Shown piece after piece: positions 55,817 to 64,000 of a DNA stretch of 64,000 nt; the first letter of the stretch is position 1; each line of letters starts with the position of its first letter. Under the pieces are notes generated by a model that worked only from the letters and a program-made list of their open reading frames with translations, was not told the origin of the DNA and searched no databases. Made by a program: the position numbers and the translations under genes. This DNA comes from a virus (lineage: Duplodnaviria; Caudoviricetes): IMG/VR virus record IMGVR_UViG_3300028048_000045, positions 32,001-96,000 of that record; one strand, written 5' to 3'.

Positions 55817-56587
55817 TTATTGTAAACTATATACAATGAAGATAGTTTTAGTTTTAGTATCTTCAATTGCACCATATTTACAACAATATTTTGTAATACT
55901 TTTATCATTTTTTATAGATGAATTGAAATAATTTTCAAAATCTGATAAAGTTCCATTTTTATCAACATTTGAAAAATGAATTGATGGTATTTCGAATGCG
56001 TATAATTCTCCATTTTCATCTGGAAAACAATTTAAATATTCTAACACAGTTCGATACTTTTTAATTTCTCTTTTATTCGGATAAATTATATCTTCACATT
56101 TATCCAAATTATTTAGTATTTTATAAGCATCTTTTGTTATATTTACACATGTATATACGCATTGATTTCCATCATTGATTGAATTTATCCGATCCATAAT
56201 TCTTTGATAATCATTTTTGTACAATTTTTTCAAAGTTTTTTCTTCAAGGACAATGAATCTATCAGACACATCAGTTGTGAGAGAATTATTTTCATGATCG
56301 ATAATATTCATAACTATTCTTCTAACATAACCAGTTGTCTCTTCGAGTCCGGTATTTTTAATTCTTGGATAATTACCTTCTGATCCGTTTAATCTGTATT
56401 TTAATTTAGATAATCCATAATCTTCCATATTCTTTTTATATGAAAGTTGTATTAAATCTGAGCCAATAGCAAGCTTTCCACTACTTATCACAATTTCTTC
56501 CAATTCAGATTTAGTAAAAACTATCTGATTAGGACCTGGTTCCAATTTAGTCATATTACTTACCTCCTCATACGACTTATTTGTCAT
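55817..56587 (-). CDS. hypothetical early protein (apparently leaderless)
   Basis: 256 aa; ATG only 4 nt after TATATTAT (56592-56599); no SD. Confidence 0.6.
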   Translation of the reverse strand: MTNKSYEEVSNMTKLEPGPNQIVFTKSELEEIVISSGKLAIGSDLIQLSYKKNMEDYGLSKLKYRLNGSEGNYPRIKNTGLEETTGYVRRIVMNIIDHENNSLTTDVSDRFIVLEEKTLKKLYKNDYQRIMDRINSINDGNQCVYTCVNITKDAYKILNNLDKCEDIIYPNKREIKKYRTVLEYLNCFPDENGELYAFEIPSIHFSNVDKNGTLSDFENYFNSSIKNDKSITKYCCKYGAIEDTKTKTIFIVYSLQ

Positions 56588-56634
56588 AAATATAATATAT
56601 AAAAAAGAGAGGATTTATATCCTCTCTTTTTAAA

Positions 56635-57258
56635 TTATGCTTGTTTCTTTAAGATTTCAATTCCGGCATTCTCTATGAATTTATCCATGAGAATACCACA
56701 ATTGATATCTACTTTTTCATTACCTTCATCTCCAGAATGGCCAGGAACATGAAGCCAATAAATTTTTCGTTCAGAATTTAATTCATAAAGAGCTTGCCAT
56801 AATTCGACATTTTTAACTGGTTCAGACTGTCCGTCTTTATTAATTTTCATCCAGTTATTTTTAACCCATTTCTTAGTCCAGAATAAAATTCCAAATCTTA
56901 CATAATCAGAATCAAGATAAATAGTTACCCATTTATCTTTAGGAACACCATTGTTATTTAGGTATTCAATAGCTCTAATAGCAGCCATTAATTCCATCTG
57001 ATTATTGGTTGCATTATCTTCAGCTTTTCCATGAACTTCATTTGTTTCAGTATCATAGAAAGACCATGCACCAATGTAACGTTTTCCATCAGGAGTATTC
57101 AAAATACGAGAACCACCATCAGTATATAAAACTTTAACAGATTCTTCATTAGGTTTAAATTCCCTACGAGGCGACTGATTAGTTGTCTCACTTGCGTACT
57201 TCTGATTGTCATTAGGAGTCCATTTAAATTCGGATCCAAAATTATCAATTGTTTCCAT
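56635..57258 (-). CDS. rnhA: ribonuclease HI
   Basis: LYTDGG, TNNQMELMAAI, LDSDYV, KNVELWQ, HVPGHSGDEGNEKVD. Confidence 0.92.
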   Translation of the reverse strand: METIDNFGSEFKWTPNDNQKYASETTNQSPRREFKPNEESVKVLYTDGGSRILNTPDGKRYIGAWSFYDTETNEVHGKAEDNATNNQMELMAAIRAIEYLNNNGVPKDKWVTIYLDSDYVRFGILFWTKKWVKNNWMKINKDGQSEPVKNVELWQALYELNSERKIYWLHVPGHSGDEGNEKVDINCGILMDKFIENAGIEILKKQA

Positions 57259-57745
57259 AAGCTATTTCTTCCTTAGTTTCATCTTTTGATAAAACTGTTC
57301 TATTTGTAGGATTGTAGATTTTTAATCCTGTAGGTACATCTTCCTTAACTTCTACAACATAGCCATTTTCGTTTATGTATTCACCAACTTTGACTAATTG
57401 AATTTTCGGACGTTGAGTGCCATCTGGATTCAATCCTAATTTACGCATTGTAGCCGGAGACTGCTTATAAATAGGATTGTTTTTATCAAATTTCTTTTCT
57501 TCAGGTTTTTCATCATTTGTAGATTCTGTATAATCTGAAGATCTGAAATTTGTTTGTGCTTTTTCGTAAAAATCATGTTCATTAATAAAAGCTCGTAAAC
57601 GATTATTTTCATTTACAGTTTCATCATATTCACGCTTTACTTCTTTAACTACATAGCCTATACAACCAATTGTAGTTAAGCCACCGATCCCAATCAAACA
57701 GCCTTTAATAATTTTTCCAGCTTTTGATTTTTTTCCGTTGTCCAT
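57245..57745 (-). CDS. hypothetical membrane-anchored protein
   Basis: N-terminal GCLIGIGGLTTIGCIGYVV segment; AGGAGG SD. Confidence 0.6.
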   Translation of the reverse strand: MDNGKKSKAGKIIKGCLIGIGGLTTIGCIGYVVKEVKREYDETVNENNRLRAFINEHDFYEKAQTNFRSSDYTESTNDEKPEEKKFDKNNPIYKQSPATMRKLGLNPDGTQRPKIQLVKVGEYINENGYVVEVKEDVPTGLKIYNPTNRTVLSKDETKEEIAYGNN

Positions 57746-57869
57746 TTTTTCCTCCTTTATTATTGAACTTTGGAACTAATCCATCTTTATCACATTCATA
57801 ATTTTTAATATGATCTAACGGATTAAATAGTTTGGTAATAATACGATTAAATATTTGTTTTATTTTCAT
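57705..57869 (-). CDS. small basic hypothetical protein (54 aa)
   Basis: ATG 57869 follows AAGGAGGG; TATATTAT at 57896-57903. Confidence 0.5.
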   Translation of the reverse strand: MKIKQIFNRIITKLFNPLDHIKNYECDKDGLVPKFNNKGGKNGQRKKIKSWKNY

Positions 57870-57980
57870 ATCATTGCCCTCCTTGATGTATAAAAATAAT
57901 ATATAAAGAAGAAAAAAATAAAGATGTATGGTTTTACAACCACACACCTTTACTTCCGGAACTAAAGATTTCGTGTAAGA

Positions 57981-58373
57981 TTACTTCTTATCAGAAAGAT
58001 CTACAACGTTGCTGATTGTGTCATAAACACATTTTGATGCAACAACACCAGTTACACCTTTAAGAGCAACCTTACCAATTGTCTTGAAAACGCTGGCTGT
58101 TTTATCTTTCTTAGAAACATCACTTTTACGGCAAGTTTCGATTGACTTAACAATATCGTGACCTGCGCTGAAACCTGAACAGAATGCTGGAATTTCACTG
58201 ATAATTCCTGCAACAAGTTTCTTACCATTGATATACTTGTAGCCCCATTCACCATACTGAGATGGCTTTTCTTCTTTTGCTACGATTGGCTGAATTACCA
58301 CTGTTTTCTGTGCTACTGCCTTTGGCTGCTGTGTGTTCTTTGCTTCTTTTGAATTTTTCTTACCGAGACTCAT
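57981..58373 (-). CDS. hypothetical basic protein
   Basis: ATG 58373 follows GAGGAGG, 1 nt after the upstream stop codon. Confidence 0.6.
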   Translation of the reverse strand: MSLGKKNSKEAKNTQQPKAVAQKTVVIQPIVAKEEKPSQYGEWGYKYINGKKLVAGIISEIPAFCSGFSAGHDIVKSIETCRKSDVSKKDKTASVFKTIGKVALKGVTGVVASKCVYDTISNVVDLSDKK

Positions 58374-58374
58374 A

Positions 58375-58959
58375 TTAGTCTTCCTCCTCGTTGTTACTTT
58401 CGTCTGATGATATATTTTCCTTTTCATCAGAATTAATTTTTTCTAACCTGTCATCAAAATTAGATGGACGTATCGCATTTGCCGACGGCATATCATCTTC
58501 GAATACGTAAATCTTATATTTGAGACCCAACTTATTAAGCAATACTCTGAATCTATTCAGAGAAAGCTGACCATTTGGAGATTTTTCAATAGCTCTTCGC
58601 ATATTATTCATATCCGAATCATTATCGAATAATTTCCTAAAAGCATTTTTGGTAAAACCTTTATACAATTCCTTGATAATAATCAATGTGGAATCATCTC
58701 CAGGTTTTACCTCCAAATCTAATTCATCAGAATCATCTACTTCTTTTGCAGGTTTCTCGATATCTTTCATTCGATTTAACCTTTCAAGATCGACTCTTCT
58801 TATATACAAAAGACCATCCATACTGTAAAGACAGTTTGAATTAGGTACCTCATGTATTGTTTTCACTTGTCCTATGTATTTGTAGAAACCATTTGGTCCA
58901 AGTCTAAGATAATCATCCTTTCGAATAACTATCTCATTGGTTTCAGATATGTATTCCAA
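58375..58959 (-). CDS. hypothetical protein, possible C-terminal HTH-like region
   Basis: TTG start after GGAGG; MNNMRRAIEK..LSLNRFRVLLNKLGL. Confidence 0.55.
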   Translation of the reverse strand: MEYISETNEIVIRKDDYLRLGPNGFYKYIGQVKTIHEVPNSNCLYSMDGLLYIRRVDLERLNRMKDIEKPAKEVDDSDELDLEVKPGDDSTLIIIKELYKGFTKNAFRKLFDNDSDMNNMRRAIEKSPNGQLSLNRFRVLLNKLGLKYKIYVFEDDMPSANAIRPSNFDDRLEKINSDEKENISSDESNNEEED

Positions 58960-58963
58960 AACA

Positions 58964-59620
58964 TTATACCTCCTCTTGTAGCATAAAATGATTCATTAAT
59001 TGTATAGATAATTCATACAAGTTTTCAAGATTTTTTATCAATATTGAACCGAGAGACATGAATTCCGTAAGACTACATGTTCCTAAAACACCTTGCTGGC
59101 ATTTGAAAATTACGCCAGGATATCCGATATTATTTAAGGAATCTGTTATTACATACGGTTGGATAGATAGGAAACTTCCTGTATATCCACTACTACAATT
59201 CATAACTACCGATAACTCATTGTATTTTTCTGATACTCTATAAGGAATATTATCCTCATATTGAAATAAATCATTTTTTATATCTGAAGTAAACCACGAA
59301 CTTGCAGTTGCAAATATTCGTTTTATTTCAGAAACATCACTATAAGTTAGATATACTGATGGTGGAATTCGTTTAATATCATCTTTACTAAATGAAACAC
59401 CTTTTAAGATTATTGAATCTTTAGTATTTCGAAAAGCTACTGATTTAAATCCGATGATCCCACCTTTAGATTTTGTCGAAACAAAATCTTTTTTATACGG
59501 AACATTCTTTTCACCTGAAACCTTAGAAGGTTCGAACAGATTGACTCGATGTTCTAAACCAATACTACCAAAGTTGGCTATTGGTCTATACAAGCTGTCA
59601 ATGTTTAATTTGTTTTTCAT
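58964..59620 (-). CDS. hypothetical protein
   Basis: 218 aa; GAGG SD; variant promoter TATATTCT at 59643-59650. Confidence 0.6.
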   Translation of the reverse strand: MKNKLNIDSLYRPIANFGSIGLEHRVNLFEPSKVSGEKNVPYKKDFVSTKSKGGIIGFKSVAFRNTKDSIILKGVSFSKDDIKRIPPSVYLTYSDVSEIKRIFATASSWFTSDIKNDLFQYEDNIPYRVSEKYNELSVVMNCSSGYTGSFLSIQPYVITDSLNNIGYPGVIFKCQQGVLGTCSLTEFMSLGSILIKNLENLYELSIQLMNHFMLQEEV

Positions 59621-59658
59621 TTGACAACCTCATATCATTATCAGAATATATAAGGAAA

Positions 59659-61227
59659 TTATTTTCTAATATAATTGATAACATCCTGATAACTTATTTT
59701 TATTTCTTCTTCGGATTTTGTTTTTTGTCTAAATACATGAATACGTTTAACTCTTTGAGAATACATTGTTTTAAAACCAGTATCGATGAAATCATAATGA
59801 AATAATTCTTTGGTTTTAGATTCTCTTAAACGTCCAATCATCTGATTAGAAATTATAATAGAACTATAAGGTACGAATGATAATGTTGCTACTAGATCTG
59901 AAACATCCAGACCTACGCCTCCAGAACCAATAGTAGTAAAAATAATATTATTTCGAATTTCATATCGTTTTTTATTTTTATTTACTAAACCTGTATAATT
60001 TCCAAAACTTATATCAGAATCTTTATAAAGATTTTCAAGCATTTCTTTAAAAGTTTTAATATGCTCATTCTTTGCTAAATATATTAAAATCTTTCCATCT
60101 GGTTCTTTATCAAGACATTCATCTATAACCATTTTAATCATACCTAGTAAATACAAACGACGTTTATCATTATTAAAAATATAATTCCAATAGTTTATAG
60201 CTGACAAACCTTTATAAGTCATACAAGATTGTATTTCATAATCAGTCGGATATGTATTATAATCAATTAATCTTAAATTGATATCATTTCTAATTGTTTG
60301 TGTTTTTTGACCATAAATTGGAATCTTATTCATAGTACGTCTAAAAACTCTACTTTCACCATTATCAGTTCTAGTAGGAGTTGCTGTTAGATACCAAGTA
60401 TTCTCACAATTTATAGCCATATTTATTTTTACATTTTGTACCCAATGCATATGGAATTCATCGAAACAAACAATACCAATACTTAATTCATCGCAAAGTT
60501 TATTTAAACCATCCATTCCATAAACATCTATGTATCTTGCTAAAGATGATGAAGTTGTTATATAAAATGCTTCAATGTTTTTAGAATAATCTCTTTGAGC
60601 TAATTTGTGAAGATTATCTGTACCTTTAACCATTTTAATCATATGGTTTTCGATTGTACAATCGTAATTTGTATATTCAATAATCTTTTCACACCACTGA
60701 TCACCTAATGTTTCTGAAATGATTAACATAGGAACTTTAAGTCTATATGCCGCTGAAATAGCACAAAATGTTTTACCAATACCTGTGGCGAGGGCTAAGA
60801 TTTTAGAATGAAATAATTTTTTAGTGGTTAAAAATTCGATGCCTTCAGCCTGATATTTGTCCTTTATTTGGTATTTTGGGTCCAAATTGAAGGCTATTTC
60901 ACGTGGTCTAATTATCTGTGATGTAAAATCGTGAATTTCCCACTGAGCGTTGACTTCGTACAATTTCTCTTCAATATAATCATCACCTACACCAATTGGA
61001 AGATATAAGGTTTTCTTTTCTTTATCATATAATTCAAGTTTATCTTTTTTAATAGTTCGTAAACCTATTTTAGGTAACATAACCTTTTCAAATACACAAA
61101 ATGAATCATCTAAGTTAGGAGCTGTACCAGATTTAGTTCTAGTTTCTTTATCCCATTTACATTTCTCATAAGGTGATAATTCATATCGGTTATGAAATTT
61201 CTTTATAATAACTTTTGACTCGAACAC
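59659..61227 (-). CDS. superfamily 2 (DEAD/DEAH-like, UvsW-type) helicase
   Basis: LATGIGKT, DEFH, TAT, GLDV, QMIGR; GTG start after GGAGG. Confidence 0.85.
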   Translation of the reverse strand: MFESKVIIKKFHNRYELSPYEKCKWDKETRTKSGTAPNLDDSFCVFEKVMLPKIGLRTIKKDKLELYDKEKKTLYLPIGVGDDYIEEKLYEVNAQWEIHDFTSQIIRPREIAFNLDPKYQIKDKYQAEGIEFLTTKKLFHSKILALATGIGKTFCAISAAYRLKVPMLIISETLGDQWCEKIIEYTNYDCTIENHMIKMVKGTDNLHKLAQRDYSKNIEAFYITTSSSLARYIDVYGMDGLNKLCDELSIGIVCFDEFHMHWVQNVKINMAINCENTWYLTATPTRTDNGESRVFRRTMNKIPIYGQKTQTIRNDINLRLIDYNTYPTDYEIQSCMTYKGLSAINYWNYIFNNDKRRLYLLGMIKMVIDECLDKEPDGKILIYLAKNEHIKTFKEMLENLYKDSDISFGNYTGLVNKNKKRYEIRNNIIFTTIGSGGVGLDVSDLVATLSFVPYSSIIISNQMIGRLRESKTKELFHYDFIDTGFKTMYSQRVKRIHVFRQKTKSEEEIKISYQDVINYIRK

Positions 61228-61343
61228 AATTCGAACCTCCGGATGTATATTATATAATTCTATAATTTTTAAAAAAATAAAAAAAAAAGAAGGAGAGCTT
61301 TCGCCCTCCTTCCATCGTGAATTTTTAACAGCTCTAAAAATGA

Positions 61344-61529
61344 TTACTCATCAGAGCTGTTTTTGTTGATGTTAACATCAACAGTAGCTTTAGCAGCCTT
61401 TTTAGCAGCGACCTTCTTTTTGATAGCAGGTACTACCAATTTTTCTGTTGCGAGTGTTCCTGCAACACCAATGCCTACGCCGGCAGCGACCTTAATTACG
61501 TCGCTCTTCTTAATTTTATTCATAGCCAT
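61344..61529 (-). CDS. small membrane protein
   Basis: VAAGVGIGVAGTLA segment followed by K/A-rich tail; GGAGG SD; TATATTAT at 61574-61581. Confidence 0.6.
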   Translation of the reverse strand: MAMNKIKKSDVIKVAAGVGIGVAGTLATEKLVVPAIKKKVAAKKAAKATVDVNINKNSSDE

Positions 61530-61655
61530 AACTTTACCTCCATGGACTATCATTTACCTTAATTATTATAAATATAATATATAATTATTTAATAGTTAAT
61601 TTAACAAATTAAAAAAAAGGAGAAATGGCTTCCATTCCATTTCTCCCACCCTTTT

Positions 61656-62165
61656 TTATTCTTCACCGAGATATAAATCGGCGAAGTTACATCTCTTGAG
61701 AATGTTGGCATTTCCCTCGCTGTCTCTTAAGATGTTGCCTTTTTCATCAGTTTCCACAAGATATGTGAAACCATCAGAGCCTTTGGCATAGGCCCAGTGA
61801 TATACAATATCACCAATCTTAATCTCGACATGCATTCTTATGCAGTCAAGGATTTCAAATGCCTCTTTAATATCACAATCGACATCTAAAAGAGACATAT
61901 TACCTTCTTTGGAATATTCTATTCCATAAGAAGTAGTGGCTTTTTCAACCACATTGAATTCCTCATCGACATATGTTGTCATATTAACATATGTTGTTTT
62001 TCCTGTGACAGAATCTATTAACCAGAATCCATCTCCACCACAGGCAGCTTCAATTTTTCTAGTAGTAGAAATATTTTTAATTTCCACTACACCAACAACG
62101 ATTACTGTAATAAACAATACTACAGTAGCGACCATTAATAATTTAACTGAAGATTTTTTATTCAT
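61656..62165 (-). CDS. membrane-anchored/exported hypothetical protein
   Basis: N-terminal signal/TM LLMVATVVLFITVIVVGVV; GGAGG SD. Confidence 0.6.
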   Translation of the reverse strand: MNKKSSVKLLMVATVVLFITVIVVGVVEIKNISTTRKIEAACGGDGFWLIDSVTGKTTYVNMTTYVDEEFNVVEKATTSYGIEYSKEGNMSLLDVDCDIKEAFEILDCIRMHVEIKIGDIVYHWAYAKGSDGFTYLVETDEKGNILRDSEGNANILKRCNFADLYLGEE

Positions 62166-62752
62166 TTTTTTCCTCCCTTAATAAATTCTTCAATTTTATC
62201 CTTCTCTTCAAATTCGAGTGGATCTTCTCCCAAGTATTTTCCGTAAAGAATACTTAAGACTGATAACTTTCTTGGAACGGAGAGTTTCAAGAAAGAAGGT
62301 GACACATTTTCACACCATTTACACAAATTTGTGTTAGTGGTTAATGGATCATCTTCAATAATTGCTGGAGCTGTAGTACATTTAGCAAGAGTCTCCAGAT
62401 CTTTTACACTTTCTATAATTTCGTTTTCGAAACTATATAGAGTGTGTGCTGCTCTACAAGCATACGTTGTATTCTTATAGAGGTCCTTGAGTTTTTCAAT
62501 CTTCTTCCTCCTGAAGAAGATGAAAGCATCTCGTTTTAGTGGCTTAAATTTAAACCACCATTTTGAAAGATTAGTTTCTTCAATATAAAGTTTGAGAAAC
62601 CAATCTTTTTGGATTTCATTAAACTCGGCTACTAATGCTCTGAGTTTCTGAGCGTCTTCACCATAGTTAATGTCAATTTCTGAAGGCCCTTCTTTAAAGA
62701 AATCACCTTCAGAAATCATTTTGAAAAAGTGCCATCTTTGGATATTAAGCAT
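62162..62752 (-). CDS. hypothetical early protein
   Basis: AAGGAG SD; TATATTAT at 62788-62795. Confidence 0.65.
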   Translation of the reverse strand: MLNIQRWHFFKMISEGDFFKEGPSEIDINYGEDAQKLRALVAEFNEIQKDWFLKLYIEETNLSKWWFKFKPLKRDAFIFFRRKKIEKLKDLYKNTTYACRAAHTLYSFENEIIESVKDLETLAKCTTAPAIIEDDPLTTNTNLCKWCENVSPSFLKLSVPRKLSVLSILYGKYLGEDPLEFEEKDKIEEFIKGGKK

Positions 62753-62857
62753 AGTAATAATCTCCTTCTAAACTCTTTCTTACAAATATAATATACAAAT
62801 TAAACGATTTGTTTACAAAAAAAGAAGAGGGAAATCCCTCTTCTTTTTTTCATTTAG

Positions 62858-63137
62858 TTACATGATATTATCAACCATATCACATAACCAGTCACCGTAT
62901 TCATTTACGGTAACATTTGATTCCGGAGGATCTAATTTACAAGCTGTTCCACCATACATAGAAAGATGATTATTACGTTCAATTTTAATTGAGTCGTATA
63001 CAATACCATCTTGTTCTACGTTTTCTCTAGAAACAACTTTTGTTCCAGGTTTGTTTTTTAACATAATCGATCAAATCTGTAACAAAATCATCATCAAATC
63101 CTTCATTAAGATATGCTGTTAAAATGTTCGTAGCCAT
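62858..63137 (-). pseudogene. frameshifted small early gene (one extra A in an A6 run)
   Basis: GGAGG-ATG at 63137 reads MATNILTAYLNEGFDDDFVTDLIDYVK and stops at 63027; deleting one A joins it to NKPGTKVVSRE of ORF 62858..63064. Confidence 0.55.
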
Positions 63138-63216
63138 TTTACTTACCTCCATAATTATAATATATAAGTGAAATAAAAAAATAACCCACCAGGAATATTC
63201 CTGGTGAGCTAATAGA

Positions 63217-64000
63217 TTAAATAATCTTAGCTTTCTTTAAAGCTTTTTTCATATAACTGAAATCGTGATGAACTGTAGTTTTGAATGATGAATCATGAAT
63301 ACCATCACCAATACCTTCACGTTCAAATGAATCAATATCTTTACAAGTTTTTGAAACTTCCTGATATACCAATGCACTCAATAAATCACCTTTGAATATA
63401 GCTGTTTTAAGATTGATAACCATAAACTCAAGATTATCTTTACTAAAATCAGGATGTTTAAGAATATTGTTCTGATCTCTTGTTAAAGCATAAATAATTG
63501 GTTCCAAGAATACCATCTCTTCATTCTTTAATCCTGCTTCAATTACAAGATCAGCGAAATCATTCAATGGTGTATCAAGGTCATTAAAATACCAATTAGG
63601 TTTAGAACGTTCGATAATATTCTTAAGTTCTTTAAGATATCTTGATGTTTCAGCCGTAATATATTTAATATTAAATACTGGTGTTCCAGGTTTAATATTT
63701 GAAAGTTTCAATTCTGCTACATCTGAATCAATTGGAATATCGATAGCTTTCAAGTTGTTTCCAGAAAGCATATCTTCAGACAATGTTAAGAATGAACCAT
63801 CAAGTTTTACAACATATTCGTCTTCATATGGTTCACCATTAGCATCAATTTTCTTTGTAACGATTTTAAGATCAACAAGCATTTTAGAAACTACGCGTGT
63901 AGATCCTTCTTCGTCATCGTCATCCTCTTCATCATCATAATCGTCATAGTCATCGTATTCATCATTTCTAACACGATCAATAATGTCTTCGATATACTCT
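63217..64000 (-). CDS. C-terminal part of a phage multisubunit RNA polymerase beta'-C subunit (probable; 5' end outside window)
   Basis: Frame is open to the window edge; FLEPIIYALTR...LKTAIFKGDLLSALVYQEV resembles the beta' C-terminal EVIVRQM...FLSAASFQET region. Confidence 0.55.
   Translation of the reverse strand, partial: EYIEDIIDRVRNDEYDDYDDYDDEEDDDDEEGSTRVVSKMLVDLKIVTKKIDANGEPYEDEYVVKLDGSFLTLSEDMLSGNNLKAIDIPIDSDVAELKLSNIKPGTPVFNIKYITAETSRYLKELKNIIERSKPNWYFNDLDTPLNDFADLVIEAGLKNEEMVFLEPIIYALTRDQNNILKHPDFSKDNLEFMVINLKTAIFKGDLLSALVYQEVSKTCKDIDSFEREGIGDGIHDSSFKTTVHHDFSYMKKALKKAKII

Noticed and set aside
2420-62846. Hairpin family as integron attC sites or transposon ends
   Set aside because: No integrase/transposase in the window, no attC boxes or target duplications; flanking A/T tracts fit bidirectional intrinsic terminators
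1-64000. Alternative genetic code (stop-codon recoding)
   Set aside because: Long genes are intact in the standard code and density is high; TAG and TGA occur only as occasional real stops (e.g. 31391, 54578, 13467)
1-64000. CRISPR array, tRNA or rRNA genes
   Set aside because: No regularly spaced direct repeats or cloverleaf/rRNA-like sequence noticed in the intergenic gaps; the recurring elements are dispersed hairpins

Overview
This is a very AT-rich (roughly 30% GC by eye), gene-dense segment of a jumbo myophage of the phiKZ/AR9(PBS1)-like type, read with the standard genetic code. It carries a DnaB-like helicase, a probable major capsid protein, a phiKZ-type terminase, tail sheath and tube, a 2750-aa tape-measure-like protein, baseplate genes and an array of protease-matured (S/A/G-x-E) internal head proteins. 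One array member is fused to a metallophosphoesterase. Accessory and replication genes include a lytic transglycosylase, a DUF261/C39-like peptidase, a MYG1-family nuclease, RNase HI, an SF2 helicase and the 3' end of a probable RNA polymerase beta'-C subunit. Two phage promoter classes can be read directly from the DNA: TATATTAT before accessory genes (13 perfect copies) and ACA-N5-ATATA before virion genes (17 perfect copies). The most unusual signals are two ORF-less structured plus-strand RNA regions (31406-31600, with its own late promoter and terminator, and 5722-5892). Each exposes an anti-Shine-Dalgarno plus anti-start-codon sequence. TCCT-N2-4-AGGA palindromes also mask the SD of several structural genes, and together these suggest an RNA-based translational control layer. 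A spirochaete host is tentatively suggested. All functional calls come from motif recognition by eye; no database searches were run.
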